A stretch of DNA of 63,691 nt, the filler included, from Reclinomonas americana ATCC 50394 (lineage: Eukaryota): NCBI GenBank assembly GCA_048213135.1. It is 7 parts of 5 records of this genome, joined end to end, with 100 filler letters (N's around TTAATTAATTAA, not from the genome) between each part and the next. Parts side by side here need not be neighbours in the genome. Positions count along the whole stretch, not along the records: positions 41,832 to 52,007 come from PS015532.1; positions 52,108 to 58,623 come from PS015535.1; positions 58,724 to 63,691 come from PS015536.1; 4 more parts are not named here. One strand, written 5' to 3'. Shown in pieces: positions 49,901 through 61,421 of the stretch; the first letter of the stretch is position 1; each line of letters begins with the position of its first letter. The notes beneath the pieces were generated by a model. That model was not told the DNA's origin, ran no database searches, and saw only the letters and a program-made list of their open reading frames with translations. The position numbers and the translations under genes were made by a program.

Positions 49901-52007
49901 NNNNNNNNNNNNNNNNNNNNNNNNNNNNNNNNNNNNNNNNNNNNNNNNNNNNNNNNNNNNNNNNNNNNNNNNNNNNNNNNNNNNNNNNNNNNNNNNNNNN
50001 NNNNNNNNNNNNNNNNNNNNNNNNNNNNNNNNNNNNNNNNNNNNNNNNNNNNNNNNNNNNNNNNNNNNNNNNNNNNNNNNNNNNNNNNNNNNNNNNNNNN
50101 NNNNNNNNNNNNNNNNNNNNNNNNNNNNNNNNNNNNNNNNNNNNNNNNNNNNNNNNNNNNNNNNNNNNNNNNNNNNNNNNNNNNNNNNNNNNNNNNNNNN
50201 NNNNNNNNNNNNNNNNNNNNNNNNNNNNNNNNNNNNNNNNNNNNNNNNNNNNNNNNNNNNNNNNNNNNNNNNNNNNNNNNNNNNNNNNNNNNNNNNNNNN
50301 NNNNNNNNNNNNNNNNNNNNNNNNNNNNNNNNNNNNNNNNNNNNNNNNNNNNNNNNNNNNNNNNNNNNNNNNNNNNNNNNNNNNNNNNNNNNNNNNNNNN
50401 NNNNNNNNNNNNNNNNNNNNNNNNNNNNNNNNNNNNNNNNNNNNNNNNNNNNNNNNNNNNNNNNNNNNNNNNNNNNNNNNNNNNNNNNNNNNNNNNNNNN
50501 NNNNNNNNNNNNCTGCTGGCACTGCGCCGCCACCGAACCAGCCGTACTACCCTCCGGCTACTGGCACTGCGCCGCCGCCGAACCAGCCGTACTACCCTCC
50601 GGCTGCTGGCACTGCGCCGCCACCGAACCAGCCGTACTACCCTCCGGCTACTGGCACCGCGCCGCCGCCGAACCAGCCGTACAACAACAACAACAACGGC
50701 GACTTCTGCATGGAGCAACTTCGCCAGTGCGGCAACGTGGGCCGTGACTGGTGCGTGGACTGTTATCGTAGTCACTTGGTTCTTTTGTTGCTTCGTTGAC
50801 TGACTTGATTTTGCTTTGTATTGCAGCTCGATCCAGAACTGCAACGGTCAGTGGCCGTGCGCTGTGTGCACCCCGCAGATTGATGCCTGCATCAACAACA
50901 TTGGCTCGTTCCCTCAGGTTAGTGTTCAAGTACACACAAGGATTGTACGTTTTGATTCTCACGACATAAGCTTGCGCAGTGCCAGGGCCCGTGCTTCAAC
51001 CAGTACGCCGGTTGCGGCCACCAGGCTGTCGACTGCGTTCTTGCTGTGTGCCCGTCGTCGCTGTTTGAGGCCGACGTGTGCCAGCAGTGCAAGGATCAGT
51101 TGAGCCCGTGCTTCGCTCAGGCCGACGCTTGCAGCCATGCCAACCAACCGAACCAGCCGTACACCGCGCCGCCGCCGAACCAGCCGTACTACCCTCCGGC
51201 CACTGGCACCGCGCCGCCGCCGAACCAGCCGTACTACCCTCCGGCTGCTGGCACTGCGCCGCCGCCGAACCAGCCGTACTACCCTCCGGCTACTGGCACC
51301 GCGCCGCCGCCGAACCAGCCGTACACTGGTGCTGCCAACTATTACCCACCGTCGACTGCTGTGGCATCGCCTTGCGATTTCTGCCGCCAGGTTTGTAATT
51401 TTGTTACCCGACGTCCTTTGTCATTCTGCCACTCATGCGAGCTTATTTTGTTGTGTAGAATTGCACTGGTGCTGCCGATCCGAGTGCTTGCAACAACAAC
51501 TGCGACATTGGACCGTGCAACCCGGGCACTGCCGTGTACTACCCACCGGCTGGCACTGCTGCATACTACCCGCCGGCTGGCACTGCTGCGTACTATCCAC
51601 CGGCTGGCACTGCTGCTGGCTCCTACGTGCCGCCGCCACCGCCGCCGGCTGAGGGCACTGCCGCATACTACCCGCCGGCTGGCACTGCTGCGTACTATCC
51701 ACCGGCTGGCACTGCTGCTGGTACTTACGTGCCGCCGCCACCGCCGCCGGCTGAGGGCACTGCCGCTGGCTCTGCCAACTACTACCCGCCGGCTGGCACT
51801 GCTGCCGGCACGGCACCGCCACCACCACCGCCGACTGCTGCCACTGGCACTGCTGCATACTACCCGCCGGCTGGCACTGCTGCTGGCTCCTACGTGCCGC
51901 CGCCACCGCCGCCGGCTGATGGCACTGCCGCTGGCTCTGCCAACTATTACCCGCCGACTGCGGCCACTGGCACTGCCGCATACTACCCGCCGGCTGGCAC
52001 TGCTGCT
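46926..52007 (+). CDS. Large modular Cys-rich / Pro-Tyr-rich repetitive protein, probably extracellular (partial)
   Basis: About 4 NPCDACHxNCNQSPNPASCNDSCQAAGGPCWN modules; 3 DFCMEQLHQCG...CFAQADAC modules (about 47750, 49170, 50700); NQPYYPPATGTAPPP tandem repeats; YYPPAGTAA repeats. Confidence 0.75.
48193..51325 (+). repeat. 45-bp coding tandem repeat (NQPYYPPATGTAPPP), several arrays, partly collapsed into N gaps
   Basis: Unit aaccagccgtactaccctccggctactggcactgcgccgccgccg seen at about 48193-48284, 48974-49143, 49670-49736, 50513-50680 and 51178-51325. Confidence 0.95.
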
Positions 52008-52107
52008 NNNNNNNNNNNNNNNNNNNNNNNNNNNNNNNNNNNNNNNNNNNNTTAATTAATTAANNNNNNNNNNNNNNNNNNNNNNNNNNNNNNNNNNNNN
52101 NNNNNNN

Positions 52108-53553
52108 AAGAGCCCATGGTCACCAGACCGCCAACGCCCATGCCGCCGCCACCGCCCACGCCACCGCCGCCCATCATGTGCACCCCACCGCCGCCGCCGC
52201 CGCCGCCGATACCCGTCATGTGCGAGTGCTCAAACATGCGGATGCCGCCGGAGCCGACACGTGCGCCAAACACCGGCACACCGCTTGACATGGCCGTGGC
52301 CATGCTGTCGACGCCCATCATGACGGCGTCGCCGCCGCCGCCACCGCCGCCGCCAGCAACGACTGCCGCCGGCACTCCGCTGCCGCCACCACTCAACATT
52401 GAGGCCACCGAAAACATGCTGCGGTCGGCCATTTGCAGTGAATGTACTGGGGGTGGCAGTGGTGGCGCGGGCGGCTCGAGTGAATATGGCGGCCGGTGGT
52501 GGTCGACAAACGACACACGACGGTTCATCTGTCGCGGCATCGGCGGCAGCGTATCCGACGTGTGCGAGCTGTGCCGCGAGTGCGACAGATTGCTGCGGCG
52601 GGACGACGACGAGTGCTCAGGCGAGTAGTCGCCACCAAAACCCTCAAAGGAACCCACACTGGTGTGCGACACGGGCGACACGGCGTCCACCGAGCGATTC
52701 GGCGCCAGCAAGTGACCACCGTTGCGAAGGCCGGCCAGCGTCACTGCAAGAAACACGGTAAGCAACGCACAGTGGTGAGGAGGAGGCGAGGAGAAGACGC
52801 AACCGTGATCGGTGTGATGACGCGAGTGCTGGCGCGGGCGTGTGCGGCCCGCAGTCTCCCCCGACGACGACGACGACACCGATCCGCGCGACGCCTGCTG
52901 ACTGGTGCCGCTGTACGCGACCACCGTCTCATCCAGCGTATACTTGCGCGAGTGTCCACCTGCACGATGCTGCTGCTGCTGNNNNNNNNNNNNNNNNNNN
53001 NNNNNNNNNNNNNNNNNNNNNNNNNNNNNNNNNNNNNNNNNNNNNNNNNNNNNNNNNNNNNNNNNNNNNNNNNNNNNNNNNNNNNNNNNNNNNNNNNNNN
53101 NNNNNNNNNNNNNNNNNNNNNNNNNNNNNNNNNNNNNNNNNNNNNNNNNNCCCAAGGGGAACGCATTAAAGTGGTGCGCCTTCTCTCCGTCATCCTGCAT
53201 GGTGACGTCGGCCACGTGCGCATTGGCGCTGCGGGCAAACTTGCCGCGCGCAAACAGGAACGCCTCCGGCACGCTGGTGCGGCGACCGAGGCCCAGACCA
53301 AGCATGCCACCGCGACCATCGCCACCGATGCCTCCGCCGCCACCACCAACGCCACCACCGCCGGGGCCACCGAGACCCATCATCATACCGCCGTACGGCG
53401 ACGAGAGTGGTGGCGTACCTGGTGGCGTGGCGGCGCCGGGCATGTGCATCAGCACACTGCCCTGATGCATGTCGCTGCCGCTGACCACACTGCTGGCCGT
53501 GCTGCCGGCGTACATGGGCGTGGTGCGGCCGGAGGACATGTCGAGCGAGGGCG
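52108..53553 (-). CDS. Low-complexity Gly/Met/Ser/His-rich hypothetical protein fragment
   Basis: Long coding-like frame interrupted by gaps and one likely intron near 52745-52805; no domain recognised. Confidence 0.45.
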
Positions 53554-55131
53554 NNNNNNNNNNNNNNNNNNNNNNNNNNNNNNNNNNNNNNNNNNNNNNN
53601 NNNNNNNNNNNNNNNNNNNNNNNNNNNNNNNNNNNNNNNNNNNNNNNNNNNNNNNNNNNNNNNNNNNNNNNNNNNNNNNNNNNNNNNNNNNNNNNNNNNN
53701 NNNNNNNNNNNNNNNNNNNNNNNNNNNNNNNNNNNNNNNNNNNNNNNNNNNNNNNNNNNNNNNNNNNNNNNNNNNNNNNNNNNNNNNNNNNNNNNNNNNN
53801 NNNNNNNNNNNNNNNNNNNNNNNNNNNNNNNNNNNNNNNNNNNNNNNNNNNNNNNNNNNNNNNNNNNNNNNNNNNNNNNNNNNNNNNNNNNNNNNNNNNN
53901 NNNNNNNNNNNNNNNNNNNNNNNNNNNNNNNNNNNNNNNNNNNNNNNNNNNNNNNNNNNNNNNNNNNNNNNNNNNNNNNNNNNNNNNNNNNNNNNNNNNN
54001 NNNNNNNNNNNNNNNNNNNNNNNNNNNNNNNNNNNNNNNNNNNNNNNNNNNNNNNNNNNNNNNNNNNNNNNNNNNNNNNNNNNNNNNNNNNNNNNNNNNN
54101 NNNNNNNNNNNNNNNNNNNNNNNNNNNNNNNNNNNNNNNNNNNNNNNNNNNNNNNNNNNNNNNNNNNNNNNNNNNNNNNNNNNNNNNNNNNNNNNNNNNN
54201 NNNNNNNNNNNNNNNNNNNNNNNNNNNNNNNNNNNNNNNNNNNNNNNNCCAGTACCCGCCAGCGGACCACGATCTCGAGTCGGCCTCGGCCATGGAAGAC
54301 GACGATGGTGGTGGCGGCGGCGGTGGCGGTGGCGACGACGACGGTAGGGGCGGCGGCGATGACGACGACGATGCGGTGGCTGAGTCGATGCCAACGCAAC
54401 ACGCAAGGTCACCACCAGCATCTCGTGTAGGGTTTGGCGCACGACCGCCAGTGGCCCCTCCTCGGCCCTCGTACTTGTCGATTGTTCTCGACTGATGCTC
54501 TCAGCAAAAAATAATGGTGTGGTTAAGCAGCGGTGTGTGCGTGGTCTATTTTCTTTCTGTAGGTATGCGCCAATTCTCTCCCTGTAATGTCTATCGCTGT
54601 GTGTCTGTGTGTGTGTGTGTGTCATCCCGCCCCCGCTTGTGTGTGTGTTGTTATTTCATGAATGTTGTTTGTCAATTTTGAACCCGAGCCCGAAGTGCGC
54701 CACGGGAGGGAAGAGGTGTGCTGCCTCTCTCCCTCGGGTGCCTCGCTAAGAAAAGAGAAGCAAGACCTGTAATGTATGCGAGAAGAAGAAATTCGTGGGG
54801 GAGGGGCGAGGGGTGGAAGGAGAGGGAAGGGAAGGACAGGGAAGAAAGTTGTTTGTGGTTGGCACTCTTCTCATCGGTCGACAAGGGCACGATGCGCGCT
54901 CCGTCCTGTTCCATCGCTCTCCCTTCCGCTGTGTGTCCTCTTTATCTTCTCCACTCCTTCCGTTCCCCTCTCTTCCACCTTGTCTACCGACTCGACGCCC
55001 GCTGAACTCAACGTGAGGGTGATACGCATGCGCAAACCACAACACGATTCACTGGAGACACAAAGAGGAAAGGTGGAGACAAAAAAGAGGGGATCCAATC
55101 GCGGTGACACGCTCCGTCCGCTCTGCCGACT

Positions 55132-57770
55132 CTATTCGTCGTCGGGCACCTCCGTTTTCGCCGTCGCCCCGAGGTTGATGGCTGGCATCTCCGCGCTGTC
55201 GCCGTGGTGGCTGTGATCACACGTCTCGTCGTGCACATGGCCGGCGTGGTGGTGCGGGTGATCGCACGGTCCGTCATGCGGGGCATGGTGGTGGTGACCG
55301 TGGCCGTGGCCGTGGCCGTGGCCGTGATGGTGGTGACCGTGGTCGTGGTCATGGTCGTGGTCGTGGTCGTGGTCGCACGGTCCATCGTGCGGGTGGTGGT
55401 GGTGGTGGTGACCACCGTGGCTGTGTCCGTGCTGATGATGCGGATGATCGCACGGCCCGTCGTGCGGGTGGTGGTGATGCTGCTGCTGTTCTGCGCGTCG
55501 CGCCAGGTGATCCAACATGGCCATGGTGCGCTCGCGGTGCTGTCGGACGTGGAAGCTGCAGATGCCCTCGCGACCGGGTTCGTCTAAAGGAGAAGAAGAA
55601 AAACAAAGGTCAGTTCTCTCACGCAAGAGGGAGATAGGGAAAGGCGCGCAACTGCTGGTCACCACCAGCTGCATGGGTGTCTTTCGCACGACGTCGGCGA
55701 GCAGCAGGCCCGGCTCCACGTCGCGCTCGCACGGAGTGCGCTTCTCCTTGCGCTTGCCGTCCTTCTCGGTCAGGCGCACGTCGATGATGCCGCACTTGGG
55801 AATGGCGGCGAAACTGTGAGGCGGGGGAAGTGAGGGAGAGGAGAGAGAGAGGACAGAAGGAAGGGGGAGGGGCAAGAGAGAGACGGAGAGAGAGATGGGA
55901 GGAAGAGAGAGATGAAGCACGATAACGAGAAGAGTATCGGCGGGCGAAAGGAGCGGCGACTGTGGCACATTGACTGACGAAGATGGCTGTGGCACAAGGA
56001 GGCGAAAGAAGAAGAGAGAAAAGGTGGGAGCTGTGTGCACACGAAAGTGAGTGTTTGGAGGACGACGGGCAGAGGCAGGAGTGCTGCAGAAATCAAGAGA
56101 TGAGAGCGGAAGGCGAGAGCAATTGACGAAGGTGGCTGCGGCACAAGGAGGCGAAAGAAGAAGAGAGAGAAGGTGGGAGCTGTGCACAACTGTGTGCACA
56201 TGAGAGCGAGGGTTGGAGGGCGACGAGCAGAGGGCTGGAGTGCAGCAGAAAGCAGGAGAGATGAGAGCGAAAGGTGAGAGAGAGAACAAAAAGAGCAACT
56301 GACGACGACGGCAGCTCACAGAAGGTGAGGGACAAAGTACAAAGACGGGTGTCGCAGCAGTGGGAACTGCAAGACTGAGCATTGGAGGATGATGAACGAC
56401 GGAGTGCTGCAGTGAAACTAAAGACGGCGAGGAAAAGAGAAACTGACAAAGGCGACTGCAGCGCAGAGAATGCAAGAGTAGAAGAAGAAGAAGAAGAAGA
56501 AGAAGAAAGAGAGGTGTTGCAACAGTAGGAGCAGTACCTAAACAAGAGAGTGAGAGAGGCGCAGTGCGAGGAAATCTCGGTGAATGCTGCATGCAGTGCG
56601 ATCGATCAGACAATACATCGCAGGCAGACAGCAGATAGAGCACACACGAACTTGCACAGAGAGAGAAAGAGAGAGAGCAGCAACTGACACAGGAGACTGC
56701 AGCACAGTGACGCGAAAAAAANNNNNNNNNNNNNNNNNNNNCAACAGATAGAGTGCGAGAGTGCGAGGAATGCATGCAATGATCGATCAGACAATACGTC
56801 GCAGCAGAGCAGACACCTTGCACACGCAGAAAGAGAGAGAGAGAGAGAGAGAGTGAGAGTGAGAGAGAGAGAGAGAGAAGACAGAGAGAACGNNNNNNNN
56901 NNNNNNNNNNNNNNNNNNNNNNNNNNNNNNNNNNNNNNNNNNNNNNNNNNNNNNNNNNNNNNNNNNNNNNNNNNNNNNNNNNNNNNNNNNNNNNNNNNNN
57001 NNNNNNNNNNNNNNNNNNNNNNNNNNNNNNNNNNNNNNNNNNNNNNNNNNNNNNNNNNNNNNNNNNNNNNNNNNNNNNNNNNNNNNNNNNNNNNNNNNNN
57101 NNNNNNNNNNNNNNNNNNNNNNNNNNNNNNNNNNNNNNNNNNNNNNNNNNNNNNNNNNNNNNNNNNNNNNNNNNNNNNNNNNNNNNNNNNNNNNNNNNNN
57201 NNNNNNNNNNNNNNNNNNNNNNNNNNNNNNNNNNNNNNNNNNNNNNNNNNNNNNNNNNNNNNNNNNNNNNNNNNNNNNNNNNNNNNNNNNNNNNNNNNNN
57301 NNNNNNNNNNNNNNNNNNNNNNNNNNNNNNNNNNNNNNNNNNNNNNNNNNNNNNNNNNNNNNNNNNNNNNNNNNNNNNNNNNNNNNNNNNNNNNNNNNNN
57401 NNNNNNNNNNNNNNNNNNNNNNNNNNNNNNNNNNNNNNNNNNNNNNNNNNNNNNNNNNNNNNNNNNNNNNNNNNNNNNNNNNNNNNACACAAACTCAACG
57501 CATTCGGGTTTTGCTTCTCCAACTGCGCCTTCTCCTTCATCAACATCGACAACAGCGCATCCTCATCGTCAGGCAACGCTTTCACCGCCTTTTTGCCTGC
57601 TTTTCCTCCCTGCTTGCCTCCCTTTGCTCCTGCACCTGCTCCTGCTCCTAATGAGACCGCACCACCAGTCTCCTGCTGCTGCTTGTTGCCTTTGCCTGTG
57701 CACACGCGCGTGAGAGAGAGAGAGAGACGAGTGGAGAGAAGAGTAGAAAAGGTGAGAGACCTTTGCCCAT
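55132..57770 (-). CDS. Hypothetical protein with Cys/His motif and His-rich metal-binding tail
   Basis: MGKGKGNK...DDEDALLSMLMKEKAQLEKQ, then ...PKCG...TPC...GICSFH..., then 3x HDGPCDH, (HD)n, (HG)n and HVHDETCDH; stop at 55132-55134. The long intron contains gaps. Confidence 0.6.
55955..56200. repeat. Degenerate direct repeats in a long purine-rich intron
   Basis: ggcacaaggaggcgaaagaagaagagaga(a/g)aaggtgggagctgtg occurs at about 55991 and 56140; a second pair (gatcgatcagacaatac) lies at about 56600 and 56781. Confidence 0.7.
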
Positions 57771-58221
57771 TCGTTTCGTTGCAAAAGAAATGTCCGATCG
57801 ATCGGAGCTCGACGTTCACGTGTGCTTACAGCAGAAGCATGCGAGGCAGAGGAGTGCGTCGTTCTCACCGCTCACAAGTCGTTCCTCTCATTGTCGACTT
57901 TTGCGATTAATTATAGAAATTGCAACACAAAACGTCGCGTTGCAGCTGTGCTCGTCATGCAAACACGCGCGCAGGCTTGTCATTGCTCCTCATGCGTACG
58001 CACACGCCTTTGGATCCCAAACCGTTCCTCTCATCGTCGACGTTCACAAAAAACACAAAATTGCAGCAAGAAACGACCACATTGCCGTGCTTTTCATGTA
58101 CATATGCAGACTTGCTGCTACTCTTTCATACGCACGCGCTCTTGTGCTTCGCTGGGGTTGTTTAGATGGTGCGTTGATCGACGTCGACCCGCGGGATTTG
58201 CGCCGGACACTTTCAATCACA

Positions 58222-58522
58222 ATGGCAAGTGGGAGCGGAAGCAGCGCTGATTACCTGAGTGGGCCCAAGCTGCGCGCGTGGACCAAGGAGGATCTGAAGA
58301 CGTTCAGCAAGGAGCACCCTGAGGTGTGTTTTCTTTGCATAAAACGTGGCGGCCATTTCGCACCTCTCACTCGTTTGTTTGTTTGTTGTGCAGAGTGCGC
58401 GGCAGTTGAACACGTTGAAGACGACGGGTGCGTTTTGTGCGGCGACGGGCACGCTCAGCTCGTTTGCAGTGGCGCGCTCGTTTTGGCGAGTGACTCACAA
58501 GTTGCGTGTGATGCAATGAGAG

Positions 58523-58554
<32 letters not shown>

Positions 58555-58623
58555 CATGAGGGAAGAAGGGGAGTGCAGTGTGCTGCTCTCTCTCTCTCTC
58601 TCTCTCTCTCTTCGCGCAGTCTG
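58222..58623 (+). CDS. Succinate dehydrogenase accessory subunit SDH6-like (3' partial)
   Basis: Spliced GPKLRAWTKEDLKTFSKEHPESARQLNTLKTTGAFCAATGTLSSFAVARSFWRVTHNL resembles the plant SDH6 pattern LPxWxxxDVEEFIxxDPxxGPTLKT...AWKY (recalled, not searched). Confidence 0.55.
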
Positions 58624-58723
58624 NNNNNNNNNNNNNNNNNNNNNNNNNNNNNNNNNNNNNNNNNNNNTTAATTAATTAANNNNNNNNNNNNNNNNNNNNN
58701 NNNNNNNNNNNNNNNNNNNNNNN

Positions 58724-60619
58724 TTTCCACCCACATCGTTCCGCATCAGCGACGAGGTGCGTGAGTCTCTCTCTCTCTCTCTTTCCTCTGGTTGCACGAC
58801 GAACTCACTTGCTGACCGGCAGGCCGCCGACTTCCTGCGCACGCTGCTGCAAGTGGATTCGGTATGCCGCCCAACGGCGGCCGAGGCCCTGGAGCATCCG
58901 TGGATGCGTCGCCCGAATTTGCTCATCATGTCCGGCTACTTTCGTGCCAAGGTGCGAACCGCAGGCTCTGGCTTTACCTGTTCCACTCGTCCTCATTGAT
59001 CTCATATGCCAGGAGGAGGAGGAGGACTCGATGGTTGTCGATCCGCTGCACTGGGAGGGCTCGGCATCGATGAGCGCGTCGATGATGAGCAGCTACTCGA
59101 TGACCGTTTCACGGACGCGCGTGAATTCTGCCGACCTGCCGCCTCTGGTGCGAGAGGGAGACGACGAGGAGGCGCAGCCGTTCTTTGACGACGAAGAGCC
59201 AATGAGACCAGCCGAGGTGCGCGCACATTGTCATTCAGTTGGCCTTGTTTAACCACTCAATAATCTGGATTGTGGTGTGCGCAGGAGGCAGAGAGATCGC
59301 TGTTGGTGTCGGTTCGTACGCATTTGCTCACATCATGCAGCGTCTTCTGGTGACGCTAACTCACTGCGATGGCGTGTTTGCAGATCGCGGCCGTGGATGA
59401 CGATGCGTGCTTCTATTCTGCGTCGGTTGCAGATCTGCCACTGGTTTCGCTTGCCAAGGTCTGTGTGTTTGTGCGTGTCTTTCTTGTTCTCCTTGTTTCC
59501 CTTCCCCCTGACGCGCTTCACGTTGCAGCCACCTGCGATGCGATCACCAGCAGCCGCACAACCTGTGCCCGTGGGAGGAGGGGCTTCCCGACCCATTCTG
59601 TCACCCACTCTCTCGGACGAAGAGGAGGTGGAGGAAAGAACAGACAGAGTATCGCAACAACAGCAGGCGGCAGCGCCGACCGCCACAGCCATCGCAGTTC
59701 CAGTGCCCGCCGCCACAGGCGCCGCTCACTCGGCCACCGACGACCGCGCTCTCACCACCACCGAGTCCTTCTTTGTGTACGACCCGACCATGATGCAGGT
59801 TCCGCTGGTGCAACTAGGAGGTGCTGCTGGCGCCGGCGAGGACAGTGGTGTCGATCTGTCGTCGACAACATCACTCGTGGATGTGCCGCCGCCGCGGACG
59901 CCAAGCAAGGTGCGTGCGGTGTTGTCCGAGACAACTTGTGCCTGAAGTTGTCGTCTGAAACGGCGGAACGCGTGTTTTCTCTGATTCATCCTCGCAGGCG
60001 GGCACTGGTGGAGCGCTGAAAATGGCCTTTGTGGACGAAGATGAGTGCGACATGTCGGTGATGTCGGGCTCCCTGCAGGAGCTGTCGATGTTTGCGGCCG
60101 AGCCGGTGCCGGCCTTTTTCCCCCGCCCACCTCCGCCGCCAAGCGACAGCGAGCACGTCGTCAGCGGATCCTCTGCGGCGGCTGTCGCAGTCCCCGACGC
60201 TCCGCGGGTGGGCATCGTGTACGCTGCGCCCTCTCCAGTCGTTGCGCGCCTCGCTGTGCTCAGACACGACGATCTCCGCCCCCCTCACTCTTGTTTCGTG
60301 TGTGTGTGTACAGGCGAGCTCCGCCAAGTTGATCAATCTGACAGGAGACTCGAAGAAGTCACGGCGCGCGCTGGATCTGGTGGAAGACGAGCACATGGCA
60401 CTGTCCATGTCGCCCGACCGACGTGCGATGTTCGCGGACGACAGCGTCGAGGACGGCGCTTTCGCGCGCTGCAATCTCGGCTCCAGCCCACCGACCGACG
60501 CTCGCGATCTGGGACTGGAGCCAGACGATGCATTCGTGTTCGAGTCGGTGCTGTCGAGGAGGCAGTTGCAGCAAGACGCAACAGCCGTCGCAGCGACCGC
60601 GGTGTCCTCGGCACAATGA
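58724..60619 (+). CDS. Ser/Thr protein kinase, end of catalytic domain plus low-complexity tail (5' partial)
   Basis: ISDEAADFLRTLLQVDSVCRPTAAEALEHPWM is kinase subdomain XI (CAMK-like); acidic/Pro-rich downstream exons to the stop at 60617-60619. Confidence 0.75.
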
Positions 60620-60658
60620 AAACAACGAAAAAAGAGTGTTCGATCGTGTGGGAGCGTA

Positions 60659-61345
60659 ATGCTCATCCACGCCCTCCGACGCGCTCTCCCCACACTGTGC
60701 ACCGCCGTTCGACGCCGATCAGCGGCCGTCCTGTCATCATCGTCATCCGATCCGACAATGAACAGCGCCGCTCACCTCGACCTCCTCTCACGCGCCCAGT
60801 GGCGCACCTGGCTGCAGGCCAACCACTCCACCTCCACCGGCATCTGGGCGATCTTCCCCAAGAAAACCTGCGTCCGACCCGGCGAGATCACCTACGACGA
60901 TCTCATCGAGGAGGCACTGTGCTTTGGGTGGATCGACAGTCGCCCCGGCAAGGTCGACGATCGCCGCACAAAGCTGTACCTGTGCCCACGCAAGAGCAAC
61001 GGACGGAGCGGATGGGCGGCGACCAACAAGGCCCGCGTGGAGCGACTTCGCGCCGAGGGTCTCATGACGGATGCCGGTGAGCGTGTCATACAGCGGGCGA
61101 TCGCCGATGGATCGTGGGCGCTGCTGGACAGCAGTGAAGCGGCGCAGGAGCCCGACGATCTGCGACACGCGTTGAGCGTGGAGTACCCGGGCGCGTTGCA
61201 GCACTGGGAGGCCTTCCCGCGCGGAGTCCGCAAAGCAATTCTGCAGTGGATTGCGTTGGCGGTGAAGGCGGAGACGAGGAGAGCGCGCGTGCAACAGACG
61301 GCGCAACTGGCGCAGCAGAACATCCGCGCCAATCAGTACCAGAAG
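60659..61345 (+). CDS. Exon 1: presequence plus YdeI/OmpD-associated (OmdA) family domain
   Basis: RAQWRTWLQANH...YDDLIEEALCFGWIDS...PRK...GWAATNKARVERLRAEGLMTDAG...PDDLRHAL...RKAILQWIALAVKAETRRARV are hallmark bacterial YdeI motifs; intronless; second ATG at 60758. Confidence 0.88.
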
Positions 61346-61421
61346 GTGGGCGGGGGGAGTCGACATCGTCGAGTCGATATCGACCTCATTTCGTTTTTGT
61401 GTGTGTTTTGAGTGAGCGCAG

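Noticed and set aside
48193..51325. Regular 45-bp repeats as a possible CRISPR array
   Set aside because: No unique spacers, unit length is a multiple of 3 and codes for a peptide, no cas genes, eukaryotic context.
60659..61411. YdeI (and minC) as bacterial contamination
   Set aside because: Both are embedded without gaps among intron-rich eukaryotic genes; minC has three introns and YdeI ends at a usable splice donor.
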